A stretch of 37,663 bases of DNA, taken from assembly GCA_003162615.1 (NCBI GenBank), contig PMNG01000162.1, positions 1 through 37,663 on the forward strand, written 5' to 3'. This document shows, one piece after another, positions 24,583 to 34,452 of the stretch (the first letter of the stretch is position 1; each line of letters starts with the position of its first letter). The notes beneath the pieces are model-generated. The model ran no database searches and was not told the DNA's origin. It saw nothing but the letters and a program-made list of their open reading frames with translations. Both the position numbers and the translations under genes were made by a program. The DNA comes from Methanothrix sp. (GTDB lineage: Archaea; Halobacteriota; Methanosarcinia; Methanotrichales; Methanotrichaceae).

Positions 24583-27003
24583 ATGAATCAACTGGTTGTT
24601 CTTCAAGAGATATACGAATCGTTCTCAAAGGGAAGGGAGGGGCTTACCTCCATCGATCCGAGGTCGATCGAAGGGAGCTGCTCCGTCCAAGTTGCCCAGC
24701 TCTTGGAAGGCTCTAATCAGGGGAAGATTGATGCCGACCTCTGCTCAACTCTTGCCGACTGTCTCCAGGATGTTTACGAAGTGAAGAGACTGGGAGACAT
24801 CTGCAAAAAGGCGGGATTTTTAGAACTTGGCATAAGGTGCTACGACCGGGCGCTATCAATGACCTGGGATAAGGGCGTGAAGGCGGTGCTTCTCAACAAC
24901 CTCGGTCAGGTTTATGCCCAATACGGCGATCTGGGAAGGGCTGTTGCATACTACTGGAAAGCAGTCAAGCGCTTCGAATGCATAGGAGACCGAAGCGGTA
25001 TGGCACACGTCCAGGGAAACTTGGGTTCCGCCTACAGAAGGGCCCACGAATGGGATAAGGCCATTGAGTACTGCTACAAGAGCCTGAGAGCCTTCGATGA
25101 ACTGGAAGACGAGCTTGGAGCTGCCCAGATGACAGGGAGCCTCGGAAGGGTCTACGCAGAGATGGGCGAGTCAAAGCTCGCCGCCAGATATTTCGAGAAG
25201 AGCTTGAAGGCCTTTCAGACGCTCGGAGATAGGAGAAGTGAGGCATGGGTTCTCAACCGGCTAGGTAGGATCAGCTCCGATCAGAGCCTGGATGCCTCAA
25301 TTAAATATTATAACCAGAGTCTGTCCATCTTCGAAGACCTGGGCCAGGGTCAAAGCTCTGGAGTAGTTTTATCCAATCTTGGCCGGGCTTATCTCGACAG
25401 GGGCGAGGCTTCTTTAGCCAGGGACTGCCTCGAGCGATCACTGAAGATCTTGCGGAAGGAGACAAAGCCTGCTTACTGCAACGCGTCTGCTTGGCTGGCT
25501 GCGACCTACAGCATTTTGGCAAAGGAGAACCAGGGGAAGGCAAACACTACTAGATCTGCAGGAGGAATCGAAGGAGACCACAAGTATGAGGAGCTTCTCA
25601 GGCTGGCCTCCCAGTACTATTCGAGGGCAGCAGATCGCTACCGAGATCTTATAGCTGCATCCGGAATCGGGCTTACCGACATTAGCATAGCCGGAGGCGT
25701 TGCAGTACTGCTGTCAATCCACGCGGATCTTCAGGCCGAGCACACAGATAAGGAGGCCGTCAAAATTGCAGATGGTGCCATCTCGAATCTGGAAGAGATG
25801 GCAAGGAATGATGACAAAGAGCTGGAACAGATTGAGGCAATCAAGAGGACTCTGACCGGAATGAGAGGTGTATGGTCTCAAGGACTGCCCAATAGAGAGC
25901 CCTGGAAGCTAGCCAAATCAATTGCCGATTCCATAGAATACCTTATGGAAGGAGTGTCTCTTCCAGGAGAAGCAGGCGTTTGCATCCGCGACGCACTAAG
26001 GAGCCTCAAGTGTGCTATCGAGGTGGAGCAACAAAGGAAAAATCCAACCGAGCTGCTCAAGGCCACAGCATCCCTGCTGAGACAGGCTGAAACAGGATTC
26101 AAGTCAGACTGCGACTGCTTTGGATTTGAGAGCGCGACTGGGTTGGAGAATGCAGCGACGCTGATAGAGCGTCTGATCAGCGCACAGACTGATCAATTCA
26201 AGACCACCTCATCCAACATCAACGAGCTGCTCAACTACCGGACACACAGAAAAGCTATCCTGCAGATCGGTTGGGTGTTGGTGATGAATGCTCTGCCAGC
26301 CTTAGACAGGACTGGTTACGTCTACTCCTGGGATGAATCGATGAACCTGGTGGAGAATAGACCCGCAGGACAACTTCAACAAGGGGCTGCATCAATGGCC
26401 CAACGAACGCAGGAGATTCCAATTCTTGACTTAGGCGCCCTTATTGAAGACGATGCCTTCGAAGAAGCGGAGAGTAGGCCCATAATCGAATGTGTTTCAG
26501 AGCCGGATGAGATGAACGAGCGTGGCACTATTTTGGAGATAGACGCCGGAAGAGCTCTTTTTGCGGATGGGCCCGTTGTTGAGGTAATCCCGGATGGTGG
26601 CAGTCTAGTTCCGACAATGTCACATATTGTATACTCTCCACGCGACTCCCGGGTCCTGGTACAGCACAGAGAGGAGCCAGGGGGGGTCAACAAACCCTAC
26701 CGTTTCGAGCCCGGATCTGCGGTAATAAACCTCGAGGGAATAGACTCTAGATCAGCCGAAGTGATCGATCATTCATCCAATGTCGCTCGGGGCCACTTAA
26801 ACGAGCCCGAAGAATCCGTCAGGGTCGGAGCAACCTGGGAGAACCCGGACTTTTCAGCTTTTCCAGCGATGGGAAACGCGGAAAGACGATACGCCTTCGG
26901 TAATGGACTCTTCACCAGGTCCAATGCCATCAACCTGGTGAAGGCCTTGGCGGTTGTTGTGCTTACCCTCCTGGCTATAGATGTAATACTATATTTGATA
27001 TAG
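24583..27003 (+). CDS. Large tetratricopeptide-repeat protein with C-terminal transmembrane anchor
   Basis: Residues ~60-300 contain repeated 40-aa units of the form LNNLGQVYAQYGDLGRAVAYYWKAVKRFE / QGNLGSAYRRAHEWDKAIEYCYKSLRAFD / TGSLGRVYAEMGESKLAARYFEKSLKAFQ / LNRLGRIS... / LSNLGRAYLDRGEASLARDCLERSLKIL. The last 22 aa, LVKALAVVVLTLLAIDVILYLI, are hydrophobic. Confidence 0.75.
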   Translation: MNQLVVLQEIYESFSKGREGLTSIDPRSIEGSCSVQVAQLLEGSNQGKIDADLCSTLADCLQDVYEVKRLGDICKKAGFLELGIRCYDRALSMTWDKGVKAVLLNNLGQVYAQYGDLGRAVAYYWKAVKRFECIGDRSGMAHVQGNLGSAYRRAHEWDKAIEYCYKSLRAFDELEDELGAAQMTGSLGRVYAEMGESKLAARYFEKSLKAFQTLGDRRSEAWVLNRLGRISSDQSLDASIKYYNQSLSIFEDLGQGQSSGVVLSNLGRAYLDRGEASLARDCLERSLKILRKETKPAYCNASAWLAATYSILAKENQGKANTTRSAGGIEGDHKYEELLRLASQYYSRAADRYRDLIAASGIGLTDISIAGGVAVLLSIHADLQAEHTDKEAVKIADGAISNLEEMARNDDKELEQIEAIKRTLTGMRGVWSQGLPNREPWKLAKSIADSIEYLMEGVSLPGEAGVCIRDALRSLKCAIEVEQQRKNPTELLKATASLLRQAETGFKSDCDCFGFESATGLENAATLIERLISAQTDQFKTTSSNINELLNYRTHRKAILQIGWVLVMNALPALDRTGYVYSWDESMNLVENRPAGQLQQGAASMAQRTQEIPILDLGALIEDDAFEEAESRPIIECVSEPDEMNERGTILEIDAGRALFADGPVVEVIPDGGSLVPTMSHIVYSPRDSRVLVQHREEPGGVNKPYRFEPGSAVINLEGIDSRSAEVIDHSSNVARGHLNEPEESVRVGATWENPDFSAFPAMGNAERRYAFGNGLFTRSNAINLVKALAVVVLTLLAIDVILYLI

Positions 27004-27030
27004 CTTCCCTCCGAACAACAGTGTTGCAGG

Positions 27031-27645
27031 ATGAAGAAGAAACAGCTCGAGATGCAACTGGAGCGACTTAAGGGCTTCTCCAACCCGTCAGCCGATAAGG
27101 AGCAGTACGCAACTCCTGCGTCTGTTGCGACGGATTTGCTTTACCTGGCATACCTGCACGGAGACCTGGAGAGCGTCTGTGATCTGGGGTGCGGGACCGG
27201 TGTTCTGGCCATAGGATCCGCGCTCTTGGGTGCGAAAGTAGTGGGAGTGGAGATAGATCCTCAGTCTCTACGGACAGCCAGAGAAAACGCCACCCGTCTT
27301 GGAGTCGAAGTGGATTTCATAAGGGGCGACGCTAACTCAGTGAGCCTCAAGGGAATCAAAACTGTGGTCATGAATCCTCCTTTCGGGGCGCAGAAAGCCA
27401 GCGCTGGAGATAGAGGGTTTCTCCGAAAAGCTGTGGAGATCGCAGATGTGGTCTATTCCATTCACAACCTGGGAAGCGAAGGGTTCATTAGAAGGATTGT
27501 AGAACCCTGCACTGTTGAAGAGATCTACAGGATAAAGTTTCCCCTTAGAAGATGCTTCGCATTCCACAGCAGGGACGTGAAGACCATAGAGGTTGAGTTG
27601 TACAGAATAATGTGCCGCCGAAACGGCACAACAAGACAGGAATAA
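27031..27645 (+). CDS. SAM-dependent methyltransferase, COG2263 / METTL5-like putative RNA N6-adenine methylase
   Basis: EQYATPA, the SAM motif DLGCGTGVLAIGSALLGA, VGVEID and the catalytic NPPFG. Confidence 0.75.
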   Translation: MKKKQLEMQLERLKGFSNPSADKEQYATPASVATDLLYLAYLHGDLESVCDLGCGTGVLAIGSALLGAKVVGVEIDPQSLRTARENATRLGVEVDFIRGDANSVSLKGIKTVVMNPPFGAQKASAGDRGFLRKAVEIADVVYSIHNLGSEGFIRRIVEPCTVEEIYRIKFPLRRCFAFHSRDVKTIEVELYRIMCRRNGTTRQE

Positions 27646-27694
27646 TCAGTAGGTATCGAACAAGCAGTATTCTAGCTCATTAGAGGAATTCGAG

Positions 27695-28252
27695 ATGGAA
27701 AATAGTTTTGTGCTCCCAGGTGACGTGGTAGGGTCGGCGGAGGAGTTCATCCCAGGCGATTGCACCTATGTCAAGGGAGGGGTAATATACGCAACAACTG
27801 CCGGTCTGTTGAATATCGACGAGAAGAACAAGCAGGCCAGTGTAATTCCCAAGACCAACGCCCCTGCCAAGCTTTGTCAGGGAGATATCGTTGTAGGCGA
27901 AGTAATAGACATGAAGGAGAGTCTGGTTATAGTTTCGCTGGCCTTCAAGAAAGGTTATGAGGACCGACCAATCTCAGATGAGGAGGCCACGATTCACATC
28001 TCCAACGTTCGGAACTCCTATGTAAAGGACCTGAGGCAGATGTTCTCTGTGCGGGACATTCTCAAGGCCAAGATAGTCGATGAGAAACAACTTCGGTTGT
28101 CAACGGGCGACGAGGATCTAGGCGTTATTAAAGCCTACTGCAATAGATGTTTGACTGGCCTGGTCAAAAAGGATGGAAAGCTGGTCTGTCCGAGCTGCGC
28201 CAACACCGAGACAAGGAAGATGAGTTCATACTACGGACTGGGAGTGGTTTAA
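27695..28252 (+). CDS. csl4: Exosome complex RNA-binding subunit Csl4
   Basis: N-terminal VLPGD..G..EEF.PG, a central S1-like GDIVVGEVIDMKESLVIVSL, and a C-terminal zinc ribbon CNRC...CPSC. Confidence 0.85.
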   Translation: MENSFVLPGDVVGSAEEFIPGDCTYVKGGVIYATTAGLLNIDEKNKQASVIPKTNAPAKLCQGDIVVGEVIDMKESLVIVSLAFKKGYEDRPISDEEATIHISNVRNSYVKDLRQMFSVRDILKAKIVDEKQLRLSTGDEDLGVIKAYCNRCLTGLVKKDGKLVCPSCANTETRKMSSYYGLGVV

Positions 28253-28527
28253 TGGATCTCAAAATAATCAATAAGACTGCCGATGAGATCTCCATAGAGT
28301 TCATTGGAGAGGGCCACACTATCCTAAACCTGCTGCGCACAGAGCTTCTGCTCGACGAGCGTGTCACACTTGCAACCTACGATACCAAATTTCCCGTCAT
28401 GGACAATCCAGTGTTCCGCCTCAAGACATCAGGAGCCGACCCTATGGTCGTTCTGCGTGAGGCCGCGGCAAAGATCATTGGCCAGTGTGATACGTTCAGC
28501 AGTGAGTTTGCGGCTGCCGCCAAATAA
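28252..28527 (+). CDS. rpoL: DNA-directed RNA polymerase subunit L (Rpo11)
   Basis: MDLKIINKTADEISIEFIGEGHTILNLLRTELL.DERV..A.Y...P.....P.F.LKT is the RpoL pattern. Its ATG overlaps the csl4 stop (TAATG). The csl4-rpoL order is conserved in archaea. Confidence 0.8.
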   Translation: MDLKIINKTADEISIEFIGEGHTILNLLRTELLLDERVTLATYDTKFPVMDNPVFRLKTSGADPMVVLREAAAKIIGQCDTFSSEFAAAAK

Positions 28528-28547
28528 CGACGCTGCCAAGCAGCTAA

Positions 28548-29552
28548 ATGATGGAGATTGACGGATCTTACGGCGAAGGCGGCGGCCAGATAGTCAGGAC
28601 CGCTGTGGCCCTGGCCGCAGTAACTGGAACTTCCATCAGGGTCTCCAAGATCCGGCAGGGAAGGCCAAAGCCTGGTCTTGCTTTCCAGCATGCTCAGGCA
28701 ATTTTGGCCCTGGCCGGGATCTGCAGCGCAAAAACCGCGGGAATTTTGCCGGGATCTTCAGATATCACCTTTGAGCCCGGTCGGATCAAGGGTGGAAGCT
28801 ATCGCGTTGACATCGGCACAGCGGGTAGCATCACTCTCCTGGTGCAGTGTTTGCTGCCAGCCATGATAAGGGCAGATGGACCAATTACCCTGAAGGTCAC
28901 AGGGGGGACTGATGTTAGATGGTCCCCAACGATAGATTATTTTAAGAGCGTTTTTCTTCCAGCACTTCGCGAGTTCGGAGCCCGGGTCGAGGTCGAGAGC
29001 GCCCGACGCGGTTACTACCCCAGAGGCGGAGGCTCGGTCGTCCTGACCGTCACCCCGGGGAGCCTGAAGCCCGCTCATCTGGAACCCCGTGAGTCTGGCA
29101 TTGTAGAAGGAATCTCTCACTGTTCTAATCTTCCGGAACACGTAGCCAGACGACAGGCGGAGTCTGCTACTGCGGCTCTGAAGGATGCAGGCTACAAGTG
29201 CGAGGTAGCTATTGAGGGCCTCAAGGAGACCTCCACTGGAAGCGGCATAACCCTGTGGAGTGGGCACAAAGGTGGGAGCGCTTTGGGTGAAAGAGGCATC
29301 AGGGCGGAGGATGTGGGAAAGGCTGCTGCTCGGGAGATTATAGCCGAACTTTCATCGCCTGCTGCTGTAGACTTGCGCCTGGCCGATCAGCTAATACCTT
29401 ACCTGGCATTGATAGGAGGGAGCTACACTGTCAGGCAGATATCCAAGCACGCAAGCACCAACATCTGGACGGCGAGGCAATTCTTAAACACGAAATTGGA
29501 AATAAAGGATGAAAGCGGAGTACTTAGGCTCGAAGGGCAGCTTAGTCGATGA
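28548..29552 (+). CDS. rtcA: RNA 3'-terminal phosphate cyclase
   Basis: [50 protein letters not shown]. 334 aa. Confidence 0.9.
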   Translation: MMEIDGSYGEGGGQIVRTAVALAAVTGTSIRVSKIRQGRPKPGLAFQHAQAILALAGICSAKTAGILPGSSDITFEPGRIKGGSYRVDIGTAGSITLLVQCLLPAMIRADGPITLKVTGGTDVRWSPTIDYFKSVFLPALREFGARVEVESARRGYYPRGGGSVVLTVTPGSLKPAHLEPRESGIVEGISHCSNLPEHVARRQAESATAALKDAGYKCEVAIEGLKETSTGSGITLWSGHKGGSALGERGIRAEDVGKAAAREIIAELSSPAAVDLRLADQLIPYLALIGGSYTVRQISKHASTNIWTARQFLNTKLEIKDESGVLRLEGQLSR

Positions 29553-29591
29553 CGGACTGAGCGTAGATAAATAAGAAGGTAACTAGCGTAA

Positions 29592-31301
29592 TCATGCCGT
29601 CTTCATCTTCGCTACTTCTTCCAGGCCCAACTCTTTGATCGATTCCTCTCTCATCTTGTACTTCTGAATTTTGCCCGTGACCGTCATGGGAAAATCGGCG
29701 ACGAACTTGATGTACTTTGGAACCTTGAAGTGGGCGATTTTGCCCTTACAGAACTCTCTTATCGCATCCGGGGTGACACTTGCTCCCTGCTTAAGCTTGA
29801 TCCAGGCCATCAGCTCTTCGCCGTACTTCAAGTCCGGCACACCTATGACCTGAACATCGCTGATAGCAGGATGAGTGTAGAGGAACTCCTCGACCTCTCT
29901 CGGATAGACATTCTCGCCGCCCCTGATGACCATGTCCTTCAAGCGGCCTGTGATCTTGCAGTAATCCTCATCGTCCAGGGTTCCGAGGTCTCCTGTGTGC
30001 AGCCAGCCCTCTTTGTCTATGGCCTGGTCCGTAGCTACAGGATTGTTGTAGTAACAGCGCATGATCATGTACCCACGGGCGCATATCTCGCCGGTCTCGC
30101 CTCGAGGGACCATCTTGCCGGTCTTTGGATCCACTATCTTGACCTCCGTGTGGGGTAGCGGCCTGCCGATAGTGGAAACCCTTCTATCGATCGAATCGTC
30201 CGTGGAGGAGTTGGTGATTCCTGGAGAAGCCTCGGTCTGTCCATAGGTTATCACTACTTCCTTCATGTTCATGAGAGTGGCCGCTTTTTTCATGAACTCG
30301 ATGGGACATGGCGATCCGGCCATGATGCCTGTACGTAGCGTGCTGAAGTCGAATTTGCTGAAATCGGGGTGTTCAAGCTGGGCGACGAACATTGTAGGCA
30401 CACCATGCACGGCCGTGCAGTGCTCTTTTTCGATTGCCATCATTGTCGATATTGGGTCAAAATACTCTGCCGGCAAGACCATTGCAGCGCCGTGGGTCAC
30501 ACAAGCCATGTTGGACAGCACCATGCCGAAGCAGTGGTAGAAGGGAACAGGTATGCAGAGCCTGTCCTTCTCAGTGAACTTCATGCACTCACCGATGAAG
30601 TAGCCGTTGTTAACCAGGTTGTGATGGGTGAGCACGACTCCCTTTGGAAATCCGGTAGTTCCCGAGGTGTACTGGATGTTCACGGGGTCGTCGAAGTCCA
30701 GATCCTCCTGGATATCGAGTAATATATCGTCGGGCATCTCTTCTCCCATCATCATGACTTCATCCCAGGAGTACATCCCCGGCTGCTTTTCGCCTCGGAT
30801 CAGAACGGCCGTCCTCAAGAAGGGCAGCTTCTCGGAGTGAATTTGTCCCGGCTTGCTCTCCTTTGCTTCGGGACAGACCTCGTAGAACATCTTGACATAG
30901 TCCGATGTCTTGAACCGATCCATCAGAAGAAGCCCTTGAGCCTCCGATTGCCTGAGAGAATACTCCAGCTCGTGGGTCCTGTAGGCAGGGTTGATATTCA
31001 CGAGAATTATTCCCGCTTTCGCAGTGGCGAACTGGGTGATGACCCATTCCGCTATATTGGTGGCCCATATTGCCAGACGATCGCCTTTTTTGAGCCCCAG
31101 GCCGACGAATCCCTTGGCTGCCCTATCGACCTCGCGTTGGAGCTGGCGGTACGTGTATCGGAGTCCCTGGTGAAGCGAGACAATTGCGTCGTTTTCCGGA
31201 TAGGTTTCCGCAATTTCATCGAACATATCGCCGATGGTCTTTCCAATGAGTGGTTTCTCGGAACCCCGGAACGCATAACTACGAGAGACTTTGGCTGGCA
31301 T
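29592..31301 (-). CDS. AMP-forming acyl-CoA synthetase / fatty-acid-CoA ligase
   Basis: AMP-binding signature YTSGTTGFPKGVVLTHHN, YGQTE, TGDLG, DR.KDMVIRGGENVYPREVE and the terminal GKIQK. Confidence 0.85.
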   Translation of the reverse strand: MPAKVSRSYAFRGSEKPLIGKTIGDMFDEIAETYPENDAIVSLHQGLRYTYRQLQREVDRAAKGFVGLGLKKGDRLAIWATNIAEWVITQFATAKAGIILVNINPAYRTHELEYSLRQSEAQGLLLMDRFKTSDYVKMFYEVCPEAKESKPGQIHSEKLPFLRTAVLIRGEKQPGMYSWDEVMMMGEEMPDDILLDIQEDLDFDDPVNIQYTSGTTGFPKGVVLTHHNLVNNGYFIGECMKFTEKDRLCIPVPFYHCFGMVLSNMACVTHGAAMVLPAEYFDPISTMMAIEKEHCTAVHGVPTMFVAQLEHPDFSKFDFSTLRTGIMAGSPCPIEFMKKAATLMNMKEVVITYGQTEASPGITNSSTDDSIDRRVSTIGRPLPHTEVKIVDPKTGKMVPRGETGEICARGYMIMRCYYNNPVATDQAIDKEGWLHTGDLGTLDDEDYCKITGRLKDMVIRGGENVYPREVEEFLYTHPAISDVQVIGVPDLKYGEELMAWIKLKQGASVTPDAIREFCKGKIAHFKVPKYIKFVADFPMTVTGKIQKYKMREESIKELGLEEVAKMKTA

Positions 31302-31667
31302 GGGATTGTTACTCGATCATTATACGAATATAACACTATCTTACATCGAGTTTCGAGAAGGTAGCAACAAATGTTGATTCTCGAGAGTTCTCGGAATTGT
31401 AAGTAAACTGAACGTTTGGCTGAATCCTAGTGATTGTATAATAGCCATCGAGCAACAAACAGTGTTGGTGAATGTGATATTCTATTACATATGTAAGCGA
31501 ATTACTTAAAAAACGCTATATAACAAGAGCAGAATCAGAAGCCTACAATCCATTTTACCACAGGCATTCTCAACCACACCATCTTCCTCGCCGCCGTCCG
31601 GTCCTTTATCGGAAATACCTTTTCGATAGCATTCTCCTCGGAAGCCACGGAGTTCTTCAAGATCTGC

Positions 31668-31939
31668 TCACACTTCGCGAACTTGGAAAGTTTTACCACG
31701 GTAACCCTCCAGATTCTTAACCAGGGTCATAGTTGAAACCACACGGGTCCGAATCTTGCCATCGGCGTCAAAATTCTTATCAGTCAAGCTTACCACCTGA
31801 ACGTCTTGTTCCTTAGTCGTCCCAGTAGCCTTTTCTTTGCTCTCCTGTCGATCCTAATAGAGTCATCCGATGCAAGAGTATCGATATCTTCTATTGTGCG
31901 AGGTGCATTGTACAAGCTGCTATCGTGCTTCTTGGACAT
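31668..31939 (-). pseudogene. Possible Alba-family DNA/RNA-binding protein gene interrupted by a frameshift
   Basis: The first minus-strand frame reads MSKKHDSS...SIRIDRRAKKRLLGRLRNKTF, then a stop at 31790. The next frame continues QVVSLTDKNFDADGKIRTRVVSTMTLVKNLEG.... The second part resembles the Alba C-terminus as I recall it (...TDKV.NPDGRE.NVSTIEIVL). RN(K/R)(T)F resembles the Alba RNRF box. The N-terminal half matches poorly. Confidence 0.35.
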
Positions 31940-32155
31940 TGTCGTTACCCCATTGCCTTTATCTGTGGTCATTTGTCATAAAGATTACGATAGAGAGATA
32001 TGAATTATTTCGTATCTTCTTGGACTAGAATCTCCCAAGAACAGTACCATTTTAGATATGTCTTTAAGGTCTCAGACACAAACTGGCTGGAAATGCGATT
32101 CACCATGTCCAATATCTTTATGCCTTAAATAGAATAGAGATCCAACCATCCCACG

Positions 32156-34420
32156 ATGACCTCCTATCTGGAGCATCCCCTCCTCAAGCCCTGTTTTGTA
32201 GAGAAGCGTCTCTTCCAGCTCGACCTGGCCTCCAAAGCTTTGAAGGATTCAACGCTGGTGGTGGTTCCGACCGGCCTGGGCAAGACGGTGATTGCCTTGA
32301 TAGTCCTGCTGGCCCGTCTGGACAAGGGCAAAGCCCTTTTCCTGGCACCCACCAAGCCCCTAGTGGAGCAGCACGCCCGTTTTTTGGAAAACGTCCTCTT
32401 AGACGGGAGCGTTGTCGCCTGCATGACAGGCGAGATGCCTCCAAAGGAGAGGGCTGAGATCTGGAGCAAGGCGAGGATAATCGCATCAACACCTCAGGTA
32501 ATCGAAAACGACCTCCTCTCAAGGAGGATCGACCTGAAAGACGTTGCCCTAGTGATATTCGATGAGGCCCACCGTGGCGTGGGGAACTACGCCTATGTCT
32601 ACATAGCCGAAAGGTACGGCCGCGAGGCCACAAGCCCTCTGGCACTGGGGATCACAGCCAGTCCGGGCAGCCAGAGCGACAAGATCGAGGAGATCTGCAC
32701 CAACCTCGGGTTTGCCAACATCCAGACAAGAACCGACCAGGACCTCGATGTTGCGCCATTCGTCCACCACCGGGAGATCGAGTGGGTAAAAGTCAAGGTT
32801 CCCGAGGAGATCCTCGAGCTTCGGGCGCTCATCGAGGACGTCCTGAAGGACAGAATAGAAGACATCAACAGACTTTGCCAGGTCGGACAGTCTATGGGCT
32901 TTTCGCAGGCCAGGATCGATCCCCGGGCATCCAAGAGGGAGCTGCTGGAACTCCAGGCCCGCATGAGGTCATCGGCTGCCAGGCAGCCCAATCCGTCGCT
33001 CTTCAAAGGTATATCCATCATGGCCGAGGTGCTCAAGCTGCACCACGCCGTCGAGCTGGCCGAAACCCAAGGGACGGATGCCCTTTCCCGATACTTCTCT
33101 AGACTGGAGAGCGAGGCAATGTCCAGGAGCGGGTCCAAGGCCTCTCGTCGGCTGATGGATGACCCCAGAATTCGTAAGACCATAGACGCTCTGGCCGCCA
33201 CGACCATCGAGCATCCCAAGCTGGCCATTGCAGAGGAGATTCTAAAGGAGCAATTGGCTTCCAAGCCTGACTCTAGGATCATTGTCTTTACCAACTACAG
33301 AGACACGGCTTCGGCCCTATTGAAGTCCCTAGAGCATGAGGAGACCGTTCGAGCTGTTCGGTTCGTTGGCCAGTCAAGCCACCAGGACGACCCGGGCCTC
33401 ACCCAGAAGAAGCAGGCTCAGATCCTGGAAAAGTTCCGCAACGGCGAGCACAATGTCCTCATCGCCACGTCTGTAGGCGAAGAAGGCATCGACATCCCGG
33501 CAACAGACATGGTCTTGTTTTACGAGCCGGTCCCCTCAGAGATCCGCAGCATCCAACGAAAGGGCAGGACGGGCCGGGCCCGAGCGGGAAGGGTAGTGGT
33601 GCTCATGGCCAAGGGCACACGAGACGAAGCCTACTACTGGATCAGCGACCGGAAAGAAAAAACAATGCAAAAGCAGATCCGGGGCCTCTCCGGCAAATCC
33701 AATGCAGGTTTTGCCCAAACAGCCATAGAGTTCCATCCGGGGCAGATGCAGATCACTGATGTCACGGAGGAGGCAAAGGAGGAATCATGTCAGGTCTATG
33801 TAGACCCCAGAGAGAGGGACATGGGGAAGCTATTGGAGGCTCTGGGCGCAGAGATCACCATGAAGGTCCTGGAGGTAGGGGATTACGTCGTGAGCGATCG
33901 CGTAGCTGTGGAGCGAAAGACCGCCCAGGATTTTGTGGCTTCGATAATCGATCCAAAGCGCAACCTTTTTCGGCAGATCTCCGACCTGGCAAGAAGCTAT
34001 GATAAGCCTGTCTTGATACTGGAAGGCAGGGACTTTTACACCAGGCAGGTCAATCCCAATGCTATACGAGGCGCAATGGCATCCATCGCTGTGGATTACG
34101 GCGTTCCCATCATTCCTACGGAAGACCAGAAAGAAACAGCGGCCGTAATAGCCATGCTCGCCAGACGCGAGCAGAAAGAGGGGCACGAGCTCAAAGTTCA
34201 CGGCCACAAAACTGCAAGGACGCTCAAAGAGCAGCAGGAGTATCTGATCTCTGCTATACCTAGCGTTGGTCCTGCGGTGGCTCGCAACCTGCTCAAGCAT
34301 TTCGGCACGATCGAGAGAATAATGACAGCATCAAAGGAGGAGCTGCAGCAGGTGGAGCTGGTTGGGCCAAAGATCGCTGAGAGGGTCCGCGAGCTGGTTG
34401 GTGGAGCGTACAAAGGTTAG
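32156..34420 (+). CDS. hef: Hef (helicase-associated endonuclease for fork-structured DNA; FANCM/XPF-like)
   Basis: SF2 helicase motifs (PTGLGKT, DEAH in IFDEAHRGVG, TASPG, VATSVGEEGIDIP, QRKGRTGR). C-terminal ERCC4 nuclease (VYVDPRE...GDYVVSDRVAVERKT..DF). Terminal HhH2 (IPSVGPAVARNLLKHFGT...ELVGPKIAERV). Confidence 0.9.
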   Translation: MTSYLEHPLLKPCFVEKRLFQLDLASKALKDSTLVVVPTGLGKTVIALIVLLARLDKGKALFLAPTKPLVEQHARFLENVLLDGSVVACMTGEMPPKERAEIWSKARIIASTPQVIENDLLSRRIDLKDVALVIFDEAHRGVGNYAYVYIAERYGREATSPLALGITASPGSQSDKIEEICTNLGFANIQTRTDQDLDVAPFVHHREIEWVKVKVPEEILELRALIEDVLKDRIEDINRLCQVGQSMGFSQARIDPRASKRELLELQARMRSSAARQPNPSLFKGISIMAEVLKLHHAVELAETQGTDALSRYFSRLESEAMSRSGSKASRRLMDDPRIRKTIDALAATTIEHPKLAIAEEILKEQLASKPDSRIIVFTNYRDTASALLKSLEHEETVRAVRFVGQSSHQDDPGLTQKKQAQILEKFRNGEHNVLIATSVGEEGIDIPATDMVLFYEPVPSEIRSIQRKGRTGRARAGRVVVLMAKGTRDEAYYWISDRKEKTMQKQIRGLSGKSNAGFAQTAIEFHPGQMQITDVTEEAKEESCQVYVDPRERDMGKLLEALGAEITMKVLEVGDYVVSDRVAVERKTAQDFVASIIDPKRNLFRQISDLARSYDKPVLILEGRDFYTRQVNPNAIRGAMASIAVDYGVPIIPTEDQKETAAVIAMLARREQKEGHELKVHGHKTARTLKEQQEYLISAIPSVGPAVARNLLKHFGTIERIMTASKEELQQVELVGPKIAERVRELVGGAYKG

Positions 34421-34452
34421 CAGGCAGTACAGGCTCGCTACCGAATCTCCTT

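Noticed and set aside
31541-31725. A further open frame downstream of the Alba-like relic (…VTVVKLSKFAKCEQILKNSVASEENAIEKVFPIKDRTAARKMVWLRMPVVKWIVGF).
   Set aside because: It has no ATG near its beginning, no recognisable family and no ribosome-binding signal. It may be more debris of the same degraded locus.
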